A program made the position numbers and the translations under genes. A DNA stretch of 64,000 bases, taken from assembly GCA_963783575.1 (NCBI GenBank), contig CAWAOD010000011.1, forward strand, positions 448,001-512,000. Direction: 5' to 3'. Below, in pieces: positions 43,785 through 54,288 of this stretch (positions are counted from its first letter, which is position 1; each line of letters opens with the position of its first letter). The notes beneath the pieces were generated by a model that worked only from the letters and a program-made list of their open reading frames with translations, searched no databases and was not told the DNA's origin. The DNA comes from an uncultured Spirochaetota bacterium. GTDB lineage: Bacteria; Spirochaetota; Brevinematia; Brevinematales; JAOACQ01.

Positions 43785-43845
43785 CCCAGATATATGGACC
43801 TCACACAAATCAGAAAAACTGTATAGTGAGCCAAGGCTAATAAAT

Positions 43846-45279
43846 TCATATTTTGCCTGAATCTAAAACTTTTAATAACGCCGTTACTATATCAGTATCA
43901 AATTGTTTGTTACTGTTCAAAATAAGTTCTTTCCTGGCGTCGTCTTTTGTCAATGCCTGACGGTAAGGACGATCGGTTGTCATTGCGTCGTAAGCGTCGG
44001 CAACCGCTATTATTCTTGCTTCAAAGCAAATTTCTCCGCCTTTAAGCCTATCAGGATATCCATTGCCGTCAAATCTCTCATGATGCTGTTTGATAATCTG
44101 TGCAATATCTCTCAGGTTTCCCAGCGGTTCAAGAATTTGCGCACCTTTAAACGGATGAGATTTCATTTCTTCCATTTCAAAATCACTCAATTTGCCCTTT
44201 TTTTTGACTATATAATCGTGAATACCTATCTTACCCAGATCATGAATTTGAGAAGCAAGTTGAATTTTCTGCACATCCTTAATATTTAACCCCAATTCTT
44301 CGGCAATAGCTACGGCAATCTCAGTTACACGTTCTGAATGTTTGTTTGTGTAAGCGTCTTTAGCATCGATCGCATTAGCCAATGATCTGATTGCAGATAT
44401 ATATAAAGAATTTAGTTCTTTAAATAATTTAGCATTTTCAACAGCCAGAGCTATCTGGGAAGCGAATACTCCGGCTTTTCTCAGGTCGTTTTCTATAAAA
44501 GGCTCATTATTTTTAATCCGGTTTATATTTAGAGCACCCATTACTTCCGCTTTTCCAATTAATGGTATAACCATTGAAGATTTGATCCCTTCCCTGCCTT
44601 TTATGTCTTTAAACCGGGGGATCTTATTCAGATCACCATTCAATAGAAGGGGCTGCTTCTCTTTAATAGCCAGACTCACAATCTGATTTTCTGAGTTTAA
44701 CTCAGTTGTTTTATTAGCTCCTGCTTTAAGATTGTAAGATGCCGCAGCTATATAAAGATTCTTCTCATCATTAAAAAGAGTCAACGAAGCGCTATCCGAA
44801 TTTAAAACCTTCATTGTTAAATTGATTGATAATTTTAACAGCCGGTCAAATTCTATTGTAGAAAGTATTGCTTTACTTATTTCATAAAGGGCTATAATTT
44901 CTTTTAATCTTTGTTTTTCTACGGCTTTTTCTACAACAATAGTTATCACTTCAACATTATACGGCTTTGTTATATAATCACAAGCTCCTCTTCTCATGCT
45001 TTCAATAGCCGTTTCCATTGTTCCATATCCCGTGCTCATAATCACTTCGATATCCGAATCGATTTTTTTTATATTTTCTAAAACAGTAATACCGTCCATT
45101 TCCGGCATTTTTATATCTACAATTGCTATATCAAATCTCTCTTTTTTAACTTTCTCAATCCCCTCAATTCCGTTTTCTGCAGTAACTACAGAGTAACCCT
45201 GCTTTCCAAGCTCATAGAAAAGCCAGTCACGCATCCCTTCCTCGTCGTCAATAATCAATATTCTAATATCAGGATTCAT
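43846..45279 (-). CDS. REC-GAF-HD-GYP cyclic-dinucleotide phosphodiesterase
   Basis: Receiver domain, GAF, HSERV, HDLGKIGI, HHERFDGNGYP, VADAYDAMTTDRPYR. Confidence 0.93.
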   Translation of the reverse strand: MNPDIRILIIDDEEGMRDWLFYELGKQGYSVVTAENGIEGIEKVKKERFDIAIVDIKMPEMDGITVLENIKKIDSDIEVIMSTGYGTMETAIESMRRGACDYITKPYNVEVITIVVEKAVEKQRLKEIIALYEISKAILSTIEFDRLLKLSINLTMKVLNSDSASLTLFNDEKNLYIAAASYNLKAGANKTTELNSENQIVSLAIKEKQPLLLNGDLNKIPRFKDIKGREGIKSSMVIPLIGKAEVMGALNINRIKNNEPFIENDLRKAGVFASQIALAVENAKLFKELNSLYISAIRSLANAIDAKDAYTNKHSERVTEIAVAIAEELGLNIKDVQKIQLASQIHDLGKIGIHDYIVKKKGKLSDFEMEEMKSHPFKGAQILEPLGNLRDIAQIIKQHHERFDGNGYPDRLKGGEICFEARIIAVADAYDAMTTDRPYRQALTKDDARKELILNSNKQFDTDIVTALLKVLDSGKI

Positions 45280-45337
45280 AAACAGTATCCTTGAATTTTA
45301 ATCATAAAAAACTCCCAGTGTTACTTTTCACATCCTA

Positions 45338-47188
45338 TCAAGCCGTCATTTCTCCGAATAATACCGGTAATTTTATAATAAAGACGGTTCCATTATCAGG
45401 TTCGCTTTTAACTTCAATTGTACCGTTATGCTTCTGAATGATCTCATAACATAAGCTTAATCCCAATCCTGTTCCCTTGCCGATTTCCTTCGTAGTGAAA
45501 AACGGTTCAAACAAATGCTTTTTTACATCTTCGTTCATACCCATTCCGTTGTCTGATATTTCTATCAATATAAAACCTTCAGTTTCTTTTGTTGAGAGTA
45601 TAATCTTTCCCCCGTCAGGCATAGCGTCAATGGCATTATTACATAGATTGACAATGACCTGTTGTATCTGGTTCTTATTAATCATTATTTTCGGAAGTTC
45701 TCCGCTGTATTCCCTAATCATAATAATACTCATTATTTTAGCTCGTGCCTCCACAAAGGATAATGTTTCTTCAATGGTCTGGTTTATATCTGCTTCTTCG
45801 GCCTTTGTTTTTTCAGTCCTGGAGAATGTCAGTAAATCCGCTACAAGTTTCCGGCATCTCACTGCCTCACGTTCGATCGATTTTAACGGCATATAAAGGG
45901 AATCGTCTTCTTTTATCCTGCTTGCGATGCTCTGGGCAAAACCCAGTATTACTCCCATCGGATTATTGATTTCATGAGCCACACCTCCTGCCAGCTGTCC
46001 TACTGCCGCCATTTTTTCCGACTGTATAAGCTGATCCTGGGCTGTTTTCAATTTATTGTATGCCTCCTGCAGTTCCTGCGATCTTTCCTGTAGCGCTTCG
46101 GTTCGTACTTTTTCAGCTGCAAGTTCCTTCTCTCTTTTCTGCAGCAATAAAAAGTCCCGCATATCTCTGGCGACTCCTACAAAACCTAATAAATTACCCT
46201 CTTTATCTTTCATCGCGGAGACTGAAAAGCCGACTGGAATATCTTCGCCTTTTTTTGTGCGTAAAAAAATTTGATGTTTCCCGGATGAGTATTCTTCCGG
46301 TAAAAAATCTTTTTTATTATCTACAATTTGAGCTAAACCTTGCGGGAAAAGGATCATTGCCGGCTTACCTGTTATTTCTTCTCTAGTGTACCCCAGAAGT
46401 ATCAAAACGGCATTGTTAACTTCAATTATTTTGCCCTCTTCTCCAATTAGAATCAAACTGTCGCTCATGGTAGCAAGAATATCGGAAGCCGCATATGCAG
46501 GTGTAAGGGTCATGAAACCGTATTTCGTTATTTCATAAACAAATGCTCCGGCAACTATAAGCGCCATAATTGATCCAACCGGAGGAATAATATAAATACT
46601 AAGCTGAGGAAGAACAACATCTGCGATTGTCGCAGATATTAAAAAGAAAAGACCCGAATAAATGATTAATTTAATTCTTTTTTTCTCATATATATACTTT
46701 TGTTTTTTAATTGACGTAAAACCAAAATAAAAAGAAACAGTTAGAATTGAAATATAAGAAACATAAAAGATCCATGGCCATAAGGATTTTGACCATATAT
46801 GCGACCATCCATAGGATTTTCTTACAATGTCAAAAATCAACCCTCCCGACCATTGCTTATAGATGAAAAAAGCGGGAATTAAAAATATTAAATAAAAATA
46901 CCATTTACCCAATATTTTTCTATCAGTTGTCATTAAAAGCGCCAGCCATAAGGCAACAACTGAAATACTTCACCATCCAATTGAGGAAATATTCAGCCAG
47001 ATCATAGCATAATCATGTGAAACCGAAGCCTGAAAGAATGTAAAAGCAAAATTCCAGACTGCAATACAGAATAAAATTAATGCGCAAACCCAATTCAACA
47101 GATCTTTCGTATTCCTGGACAGTACAAAAAACATCAGCCATAGATTTACAAGAAATACTGTAAAATGAAGCATGGATAATGGATTCAT
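45338..47188 (-). CDS. HisKA_7TM-PAS sensor histidine kinase interrupted by one in-frame TGA (46972-46970)
   Basis: 46970..47188 and 45338..46933 are in the same frame, 12 sense codons apart; AHEINNP H-box, FFTTK, GTGLGL. Confidence 0.85.
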
Positions 47189-47218
47189 ATGATATACTCC
47201 ATATTTACTTATTTAAAA

Positions 47219-48166
47219 TCACGCCAATTCACCAATGGTTGGCATCGCGGCTATAGCTCCATATTTTGTAGTAACAGCCGCGCCACACCTGTTTGCAAAA
47301 TCAGCGGCCTTCTTTAAATCTTTCATTTTGAAAGTATCGCTCTTTAAATTATCTAGAAGCAAAAGCCGGTATAAAAAACCGGCCATAAATCCGTCGCCTG
47401 CGCCTGTAGTATCAATGGATTTAACTTTATATCCGGGCAGCGTCATAATTTCTCCGGAATTACTTAATATAGCCCCGTCTTTTCCCAGTGTAACAACAAC
47501 AATGACCGGACCTTTTTTATGAATTTCTTTGATGCCTTTCTCAAAATCAGAAAAACCTGTTATAAATTCAAGCTCATCCTCAGAAATTTTTACAAGATCG
47601 GCAAAAGGCATTCCCAGATTAATTCCGTCCAGAGCCTCATCGGTATTATTCCACAGGTTTAACCTGAGGTTCGGATCATAGGATATAAATGCCCCGTTGT
47701 TTTTTGATAATTCCAGGCAGGTTAAAACTGTTTTTTTTATATCACCCCCGATCATGGATATTGAGCCGAAATGAAATATTTTTGCCGTTTTCAGGTAGTT
47801 CTTATCAATTTCTTCAATTCCGAGCAGAGCATCGGCGCCCGGTTCCCTGATAAAAGTAAAGTCCCTCTCGCCGTCAGCCTGGATCGAGACAAACGCCAGA
47901 GTTGTTTTTGATCTGGAATCGAGAATCATTCCGGAAACATCCACGCCTTCTTTTTGTAAAGTTTCTCTTAAAAATATACCGAAAGGGTCTTTTCCTACCT
48001 TGCCGATAAACCCGGTTTTAACGCCGAGCCTTGCGCAGCCGGCCGCGACATTCGCAGGCGCTCCCCCGGCTTTTTTTGTGAAATTAATACCGTTCACAAG
48101 ATCAACCCCTGTATCTGAACACATAAAATCAATGAGCATTTCACCAATACAGATTATATCAGGCAT
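47219..48166 (-). CDS. PfkB family carbohydrate kinase (fructokinase-like)
   Basis: GGAPANVA, GKVGKDPFG, YDPNLR, DTTGAGDGF. Confidence 0.92.
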   Translation of the reverse strand: MPDIICIGEMLIDFMCSDTGVDLVNGINFTKKAGGAPANVAAGCARLGVKTGFIGKVGKDPFGIFLRETLQKEGVDVSGMILDSRSKTTLAFVSIQADGERDFTFIREPGADALLGIEEIDKNYLKTAKIFHFGSISMIGGDIKKTVLTCLELSKNNGAFISYDPNLRLNLWNNTDEALDGINLGMPFADLVKISEDELEFITGFSDFEKGIKEIHKKGPVIVVVTLGKDGAILSNSGEIMTLPGYKVKSIDTTGAGDGFMAGFLYRLLLLDNLKSDTFKMKDLKKAADFANRCGAAVTTKYGAIAAMPTIGELA

Positions 48167-48191
48167 AAAAAATCCTTTATTGCATTCCTTA

Positions 48192-49637
48192 TCAGTCCAG
48201 GCAAACCCGCATCTCTCTTGCAGCCTTTGTTTCATCAAGCCTTGATACAGGCGTACTCAAGGGGGATTGTTTGAGAGCTTCAGGGTTTTTATACGCTAAA
48301 TCCGCAATTTCGATCATTGCCGAAATAAAACCATCAAGCATTGATTTGCTTTCGGTTTCAGTCGGCTCAATCATGATTGCTTCCTTTATTATTAAAGGAA
48401 AATATACCGTTGGAGGATGAAAGCCCCGGTCAATCAGGGCTTTTGCTATATCTATGGCATGAACGCCTTTTTCCGCCTGCTTAACGGCTGAAAACACGCA
48501 TTCATGCAAGCATGTCCTGTCATAGGGGAGATCATAATATTTTTTAAGTTTTTCCATAACATAATTCGCGTTCAGGACAGCCTGTTCGCTTGCCTCAATC
48601 AGGCCTTCCTTTCCCAGAATAAGAATATACGCATAGGCTTTAAGCAAAACGCTGAAATTTCCGAAAAAGTCGGATATTCGTCCGATACTTAGCGGATTAT
48701 CATGTTCCAGGCGGTATGAGCCGTCCGGTTCTTTAATAATTACCGGTAATGGAAGAAATTTTTTAAGAAAATTTTTAACACCCACGGGTCCAGCGCCAGG
48801 CCCTCCGCCGCCGTGGGGAGTACCGAATGTTTTATGCACATTGACATGTACAACATCAAAGCCAATGTCGCCCGGCCTGACCTTACCCATTACTGCGTTA
48901 AGGTTGGCCCCGTCATAATACATAAGAGCGTCCACGGAATGAGCGGCATCGGACATTTCTTTTATTTTTGTTTCGAAAACGCCCAGTGTGTTCGGGCAGG
49001 TCATCATAACGGCAGCGGTATCTGCATTTAAAGCCTTTTTGAATTCTTCCAGATTCATCTCGCCGCTTGAAAGACTTGGAATTGTAATTACATCATAACC
49101 TGCCATCGCGGCGCTTGCCGGATTTGTGCCATGCGAGGAATCGGGTACTATTACAAACCTTTTATTATTTCCTTTTGATTTATGATAAGCGGCAATAAGC
49201 ATAATACCTGTCATTTCGCCATGCGCGCCGGCCAGAGGCTGTGTTGTTACAAAGTCCATCCCTGTTATTTCACAGATCATTCTTTCAAGGTTATATAAAA
49301 TTTCAAGCGCGCCCTGCGATTCATCCGAATCTTCAGAGTACATGGAAATCAAAGGATGAAGGCCGGTAAAGCCGGGGAGGTCGGCTATTTTCTCTAGGAT
49401 TTTCGGGTTGTATTTCATTGTGCAGGAGCCTAACGGGTAAAAATTAGTATCAACCGAGAAATTGAGCCTGGAAAGATTTGTATAATGTCTCACAAGATCA
49501 AGCTCGCTTATTTCTGGAAGATTCGCCTTATTTTCTCTGAGATATTTCTCCGGTAAAGGCTTTCCTGCAGGTACATCGGAAGCAGGAAGCTTAACCCCAT
49601 TCCTTCCGGGAACGGATTCTTCAAAAATCAGCTCCAT
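48192..49637 (-). CDS. gcvPB: Glycine dehydrogenase subunit 2
   Basis: YPLGSCTMKYNP, GAHGE, HGTNPASA, NVHKTFGTPHGGGGPG. Confidence 0.96.
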   Translation of the reverse strand: MELIFEESVPGRNGVKLPASDVPAGKPLPEKYLRENKANLPEISELDLVRHYTNLSRLNFSVDTNFYPLGSCTMKYNPKILEKIADLPGFTGLHPLISMYSEDSDESQGALEILYNLERMICEITGMDFVTTQPLAGAHGEMTGIMLIAAYHKSKGNNKRFVIVPDSSHGTNPASAAMAGYDVITIPSLSSGEMNLEEFKKALNADTAAVMMTCPNTLGVFETKIKEMSDAAHSVDALMYYDGANLNAVMGKVRPGDIGFDVVHVNVHKTFGTPHGGGGPGAGPVGVKNFLKKFLPLPVIIKEPDGSYRLEHDNPLSIGRISDFFGNFSVLLKAYAYILILGKEGLIEASEQAVLNANYVMEKLKKYYDLPYDRTCLHECVFSAVKQAEKGVHAIDIAKALIDRGFHPPTVYFPLIIKEAIMIEPTETESKSMLDGFISAMIEIADLAYKNPEALKQSPLSTPVSRLDETKAAREMRVCLD

Positions 49638-50965
49638 AACACAGCCTCCAGGAATTCCTTATATTCAAGTATCTCTTTTTTCGATCTTTTCTCAGTCACT
49701 GCGACAAGCAGTAAATTATCCATGTTCTTAAAATAATTGCCAAGCGGCAGACCGCAGGCTATATTTTTTTCAATCATTTTACGTGCAACTTTAACCGCGT
49801 TAACTGGAAGATCAAGAATAAATTCATTAAAAGTAGGATTACGGTTCCAGATCGAAACGCCTTTTATTTTTGAAAATTCTTTTTTAGCAAATTCCGATTT
49901 ATCATAATTCAGACCGGCAAGATTTGCAAATCCTTCTTTACCGATAGCGGAAAGGTAAATTACCGATTTTAAAGCGCAGAGACTCTCATTGCTGCAGATG
50001 TTTGAGGTTGCTTTCTGGCGCTTTATATGCTGCTCCCTGGCCTGAAGAGTCAGAACAAAACCGCGTTTCCCGTTTTTATCGACTGTTTCCCCGATTATAC
50101 GTCCCGGAAGTTGGCGGATGAATTTCTTTCCTGTGGCGATAAATCCGAATGTCGGCCCCCCGAAATTCATAGGATTGCCTACGCTCTGGCCGTCACCGAC
50201 GGCGATATCTGCTCCGGAATCACCGGGTGGTTTTATCAGGCCGAGCGATACCGGATAAACCGATTCAACAATCAAAGAACCTTTTTTATGCGCCATCTCG
50301 GTTATTTCCGAATAATCTTCAATACTGCCGAAAAAATTCGGGTTCTGAAGAATTATGCAGGCAGTATTATCATTCAGTTCATCTATTAAAGTTCCGCGGT
50401 TTAAAGAATCGAAATTTGACCCGATAGTATTAAGTTCGAGATCATGATTTAAAAGATAAGTTTCCAGTACTTTTCTATAATGGGGATTGACGCTGTTCGC
50501 TATGATGATTTTTTTTCTGTCCGTTATTCGAACTGACATTAGCGCAGCTTCAGCCAGAGCTGTTCCGCCATCATAAAGCGAGGCGTTGGAAACTTCCATA
50601 CCTGTCAGCCTGCAGATTACCGTCTGGTATTCAAAAAGGGCCTGCAGAGTCCCCTGCGAACATTCCGGCTGGTACGGTGTATATGCAGTATAGAACTCGG
50701 CGCGGTTTGACAGCGCATCGACAACCGATGGAATATAATGATCATAAATCCCGCCGCCCAGAAAGCAGGCTGCGCCTGTCTTATTTGTTTCTGACAATGT
50801 TTTGGTATGATTATAAACTTCAAATTCGGATAATCCGTCAGGCAGGTTTAACAGGTGTGTCTTCAAATCAGAAGGTATGGAATCGAATAAATCACCGACT
50901 TTATCAGCACCGATAGCTGAAAGCATTTGTTGCTGTTCGGCTTCGGTATTCGGACAGTAATTCAT
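49628..50965 (-). CDS. gcvPA: Glycine dehydrogenase subunit 1
   Basis: EFYTAYTPYQPECSQG, NASLYDG, LQAREQHIKRQKATSNICSN. Confidence 0.96.
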   Translation of the reverse strand: MNYCPNTEAEQQQMLSAIGADKVGDLFDSIPSDLKTHLLNLPDGLSEFEVYNHTKTLSETNKTGAACFLGGGIYDHYIPSVVDALSNRAEFYTAYTPYQPECSQGTLQALFEYQTVICRLTGMEVSNASLYDGGTALAEAALMSVRITDRKKIIIANSVNPHYRKVLETYLLNHDLELNTIGSNFDSLNRGTLIDELNDNTACIILQNPNFFGSIEDYSEITEMAHKKGSLIVESVYPVSLGLIKPPGDSGADIAVGDGQSVGNPMNFGGPTFGFIATGKKFIRQLPGRIIGETVDKNGKRGFVLTLQAREQHIKRQKATSNICSNESLCALKSVIYLSAIGKEGFANLAGLNYDKSEFAKKEFSKIKGVSIWNRNPTFNEFILDLPVNAVKVARKMIEKNIACGLPLGNYFKNMDNLLLVAVTEKRSKKEILEYKEFLEAVLWS

Positions 50966-50968
50966 ATA

Positions 50969-51340
50969 TTATAATCCATTAACATAAGCTTCGTACTGCT
51001 TAAGATCCATTAAACCTGATTTTTCTGAAAGGTCTGAAAGTTCAAGCCTGGCGATCCATCCTTCGGAATCCGGTTTTTCATTTATTACCTCGGGTTTTGA
51101 TTCCAGGATTTTATTTATCTGAATAACCTTGCCGGACATCGGTGAGTAAATATCGCTGGCCGCTTTAACGGATTCAATCGCACAGAGCACATTTCCCTTT
51201 TTTATTTCTTTCCCGATTTTCGGCAGATCGATAAATGTTATGTCCCCGAGCTGATGCGCCGCATAACCTGTTATTCCGATTTCCCCGGTTGATCCGTCAA
51301 TTTTTATCCATTCATGTTCCCTGGTAAAAAATGTTTCCAT
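50969..51340 (-). CDS. gcvH: Glycine cleavage system H protein
   Basis: EHEWI, LGDITFIDLP, IESVKAASDIYSP lipoyl-Lys motif. Confidence 0.96.
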   Translation of the reverse strand: METFFTREHEWIKIDGSTGEIGITGYAAHQLGDITFIDLPKIGKEIKKGNVLCAIESVKAASDIYSPMSGKVIQINKILESKPEVINEKPDSEGWIARLELSDLSEKSGLMDLKQYEAYVNGL

Positions 51341-51355
51341 TCCAATCCTCCGAAT

Positions 51356-52447
51356 TTATTTTCTTAACGAACCTTTTTTATAAAAAGGAAGTTCAGCAAC
51401 TTCCGCTTCAATTTCAACATTCCCTGATTTTATGATTATCTCTGACCCGATTTTAGAAAATTCAGGCTTGACATATCCCAGGCCGATCCCGGCGGATAAA
51501 GCAGGCGAGAAACATCCGCTTGTGGTTTCCCCAATGTCAATTCCTCCGGAACTAATCCGGTAGTGCTGTCTTGGCGATCTTCTTGAAAGAGTTTTAAAAG
51601 CGATTTTCATTTTCTTTAAACCGGATTTTTTTTGTTTGATAAGCGGATCCTTTCCCCTGAAATCTTTTGAAAAATCAACAAAAGCTTCAAGACCGGCTTC
51701 AAGGGGAGTTATTGACTCGTCGATGTCATTTCCGTAAAGACTGTAACCCATTTCGAGACGCAGGATATCCCTCGCGCCAAGACCGGCAGGCTTTGCTCTT
51801 TTATCGGCGAGAATCAGGTCCCAGAGTTCCATGGCTTTTCCGGAATCGATATATATCTCATAGCCCAACTCTCCGGTATAACCAGTACGGCTGATAATCG
51901 CCTCTTTACCTAAGAGTTTTGTTTTTTTGAAGCCGAAAAATGGTATTTCAATTATAATATCTCCGAATTTTTTAGCCATGATTTCACGGCTTAGCGGTCC
52001 CTGAAAATCCAGCTTGGCAGTATTGGAACTTATATCGGTCAATGCCGTTTTATCGTTCATGCAGGATTGGATAGCCTGAAAATCCTTATCAGTAGTTGAT
52101 GAATTGACTACGATCATAAGTTCATTCATGGAAAACCGGTATACAATCAAATCATCAATTATCCCGCCGTTTTCGTTGAGCAGTAAACCATATTTGCATT
52201 TTCCCGGAGAGATTTTCGATAAAGAGAAGGAAAAAGCTTTCTCAATACCGCTTTTATTCAAATCGCCGTTAAAATAGAATTCGCCCATGTGGCAGATATC
52301 AAAGAGTGCCGCGGATTCCCTGCATACTTTATGTTCCGCAAGGATACCGCTGTATTGAATCGGCATTATCCAATCCCCAAACGGCGCCATTTGTGCATGG
52401 AGATTTTGATGAACATCATAAAGAGGAGTTTTTTTAAGATTTTCCAT
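51356..52447 (-). CDS. gcvT: Glycine cleavage system aminomethyltransferase T
   Basis: KTPLY, FDICHMG, SRTGYTGELGYE, GLGARDILRLEMG. Confidence 0.96.
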   Translation of the reverse strand: MENLKKTPLYDVHQNLHAQMAPFGDWIMPIQYSGILAEHKVCRESAALFDICHMGEFYFNGDLNKSGIEKAFSFSLSKISPGKCKYGLLLNENGGIIDDLIVYRFSMNELMIVVNSSTTDKDFQAIQSCMNDKTALTDISSNTAKLDFQGPLSREIMAKKFGDIIIEIPFFGFKKTKLLGKEAIISRTGYTGELGYEIYIDSGKAMELWDLILADKRAKPAGLGARDILRLEMGYSLYGNDIDESITPLEAGLEAFVDFSKDFRGKDPLIKQKKSGLKKMKIAFKTLSRRSPRQHYRISSGGIDIGETTSGCFSPALSAGIGLGYVKPEFSKIGSEIIIKSGNVEIEAEVAELPFYKKGSLRK

Positions 52448-52511
52448 TTATAAAACCTCAGAAAAGCAGGCCGCTTAATCTATATTATTACTTTCCAACC
52501 TTTAATAATAA

Positions 52512-52667
52512 TTAAGCAATTATATTATAAAATATTCTGGCGGAATTTTCAATTGAAGGGACTCTAATCATAAAAAGATATGAGAACAGTGCCCAGCTCA
52601 TACTATTGTTAAGATCAACAAAATAACCATCCGGCGATATGGAATTGAAAACCGTTAATTTCCGCAT
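52512..52667 (-). pseudogene. Truncated DHFR-like (RibD C-terminal family) gene
   Basis: RBS aaggagg, then MRKLTVFNSISPDGYFVDLNNSMSWA (family N-terminal motif); similarity ends after ~26 codons and the ORF stops at 51 aa. Confidence 0.6.
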
Positions 52668-52749
52668 GATTATCCTCCTTAACATTTCGCAATAATTAAA
52701 ATCTTAACCGGTTAAGAGGCTTTTCCGGTGCGGAAAGTTGAAGCCATTG

Positions 52750-53559
52750 TTATATTAGTCGGTTTTCATTGTAAACAATTCCACAGTTCTTAAATTCGCA
52801 ATTCAATCCTAAACCGGCATGAGTCTGAATTGGTTTTCCTTTTATTTTTCCTTCGATTATTTTTTCCACTCCCATTATCATCTCATCAATATAAAATGTC
52901 TCTAGGGGAGAATCGCCATGGGCGGGCAGAAACCTGTCAAATTTATTTCCCAAATCTCTGATTTTCTGAAGACTTTTTAAGTACACACTCAAAGATGCTG
53001 AAACATCAAGGTGCAGCCATACCTGACCTTTCAGAATAGAATCCCCGGTATATAACATCCTGTTTTTTTCATCTAATAGAACGATACTTCCATCAGTATG
53101 CCCGGGCATTGTTATCACTTCAAGCGTTAAATTTCCAAGCTCAAATTTAAATCCTTCTCTTATCACATTTATATGCTTTAATTCTGCATTGAACCATGAC
53201 TCAATCAAAGATTTATCATTAATCCTATCGATCAATAGATTTTCATATTTCATTTTCCTGTATTCTATGTCAAAGCAATTCTTTAAAAGCGGCACTTCAT
53301 TTTCCAGGACATAAACCTCGTCGAACCAAAATGATCCGCAAGCATGATCAGGATGCCCATGAGTAACAATAACCATGACTGGTTTCGATGTAATGCGGCG
53401 AAGCAATTCCGGAATATCAAATATGCCCCACCCAGTATCAATTAAAAGCGCTTTTTCTTCACCCTCGATTAAATACATGGTATCAAAACCAATATCATCA
53501 ATGGCAAAAACATTTTCAAACAACTTTCTAAAAGTAAGACTGCTATATTTTATTCCCAT
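52750..53559 (-). CDS. MBL-fold metallo-hydrolase
   Basis: LIDTG, THGHPDHACG, PGHTDGS, TGD, PAHG. Confidence 0.9.
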   Translation of the reverse strand: MGIKYSSLTFRKLFENVFAIDDIGFDTMYLIEGEEKALLIDTGWGIFDIPELLRRITSKPVMVIVTHGHPDHACGSFWFDEVYVLENEVPLLKNCFDIEYRKMKYENLLIDRINDKSLIESWFNAELKHINVIREGFKFELGNLTLEVITMPGHTDGSIVLLDEKNRMLYTGDSILKGQVWLHLDVSASLSVYLKSLQKIRDLGNKFDRFLPAHGDSPLETFYIDEMIMGVEKIIEGKIKGKPIQTHAGLGLNCEFKNCGIVYNENRLI

Positions 53560-53625
53560 TCCGGGTACCTCTTTAATTGTCTAATAATAAAAGCTTCTTT
53601 AATCAGACTGGCAATGGTTAACCGC

Positions 53626-54288
53626 CTATATCCCTTCTGGACAAGACACTAAACACAAACCGCAAGAGTTTTTCCTGCTGTGCTTCACTATAAACTTACT
53701 TCTCTGTCTATTACATTCCTTATAATTAATTATCGAATCACGTTTCATTCCGCTTTTCCACCGAATTCCTTTTATCAGTTTATACGGGCATGAAATCATA
53801 CAATTAAAACATTCCGGCGGACATTTTGAGTTCAATACCGGATTTGATTTATTGAAATTATAATCAACCAGAATAGCGGACAATCTTATCCTCGGAACGT
53901 ATTTTTTCGTAATCAATAAATCATTCCTGCCTATCCAGCCTATCCCTGCATTCGCAGCGGCTTCTTTAAACGGGAACCTGGCTTTAAGTTCTATTTCATT
54001 GTCCTGTGATGACGGAGGAATAAAGTATCTTATATTCCTGTCATTACAAAACGAAGCTATTCTTCTTAGTATTTCATCAGCCTTTTCACCGGCTTCGGCG
54101 ATAAGATTTTCCAGTTTCTCCTCTTTATAAGTCTGCGAATCAATCATTTCCGTATATGGAACAGCAAAGACCAGCGCTCTTTTATACTCATCGCTATAAT
54201 TGCTAAAATCAGTACCTGCCATTCCCCATAAAATATCGCCATAACTCTCAAATATATTCTCTATTCCGGATCCAGGATTATTTTTCAT
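53626..54288 (-). CDS. QueG-like (epoxyqueuosine reductase/RdhA-related) 4Fe-4S protein
   Basis: KEAAANAGIGWIGRNDLLIT, RLSAIL, CPPECFNCMISCP, CGLCLVSCP. Confidence 0.75.
   Translation of the reverse strand: MKNNPGSGIENIFESYGDILWGMAGTDFSNYSDEYKRALVFAVPYTEMIDSQTYKEEKLENLIAEAGEKADEILRRIASFCNDRNIRYFIPPSSQDNEIELKARFPFKEAAANAGIGWIGRNDLLITKKYVPRIRLSAILVDYNFNKSNPVLNSKCPPECFNCMISCPYKLIKGIRWKSGMKRDSIINYKECNRQRSKFIVKHSRKNSCGLCLVSCPEGI

Noticed and set aside
52448..52560. Glycine riboswitch upstream of gcvT
   Set aside because: No recognisable aptamer motifs, and the space is partly occupied by a gene stub.
52750..53559. Metallo-beta-lactamase resistance gene
   Set aside because: No signal peptide; only the generic HxHxDH fold motif is present.
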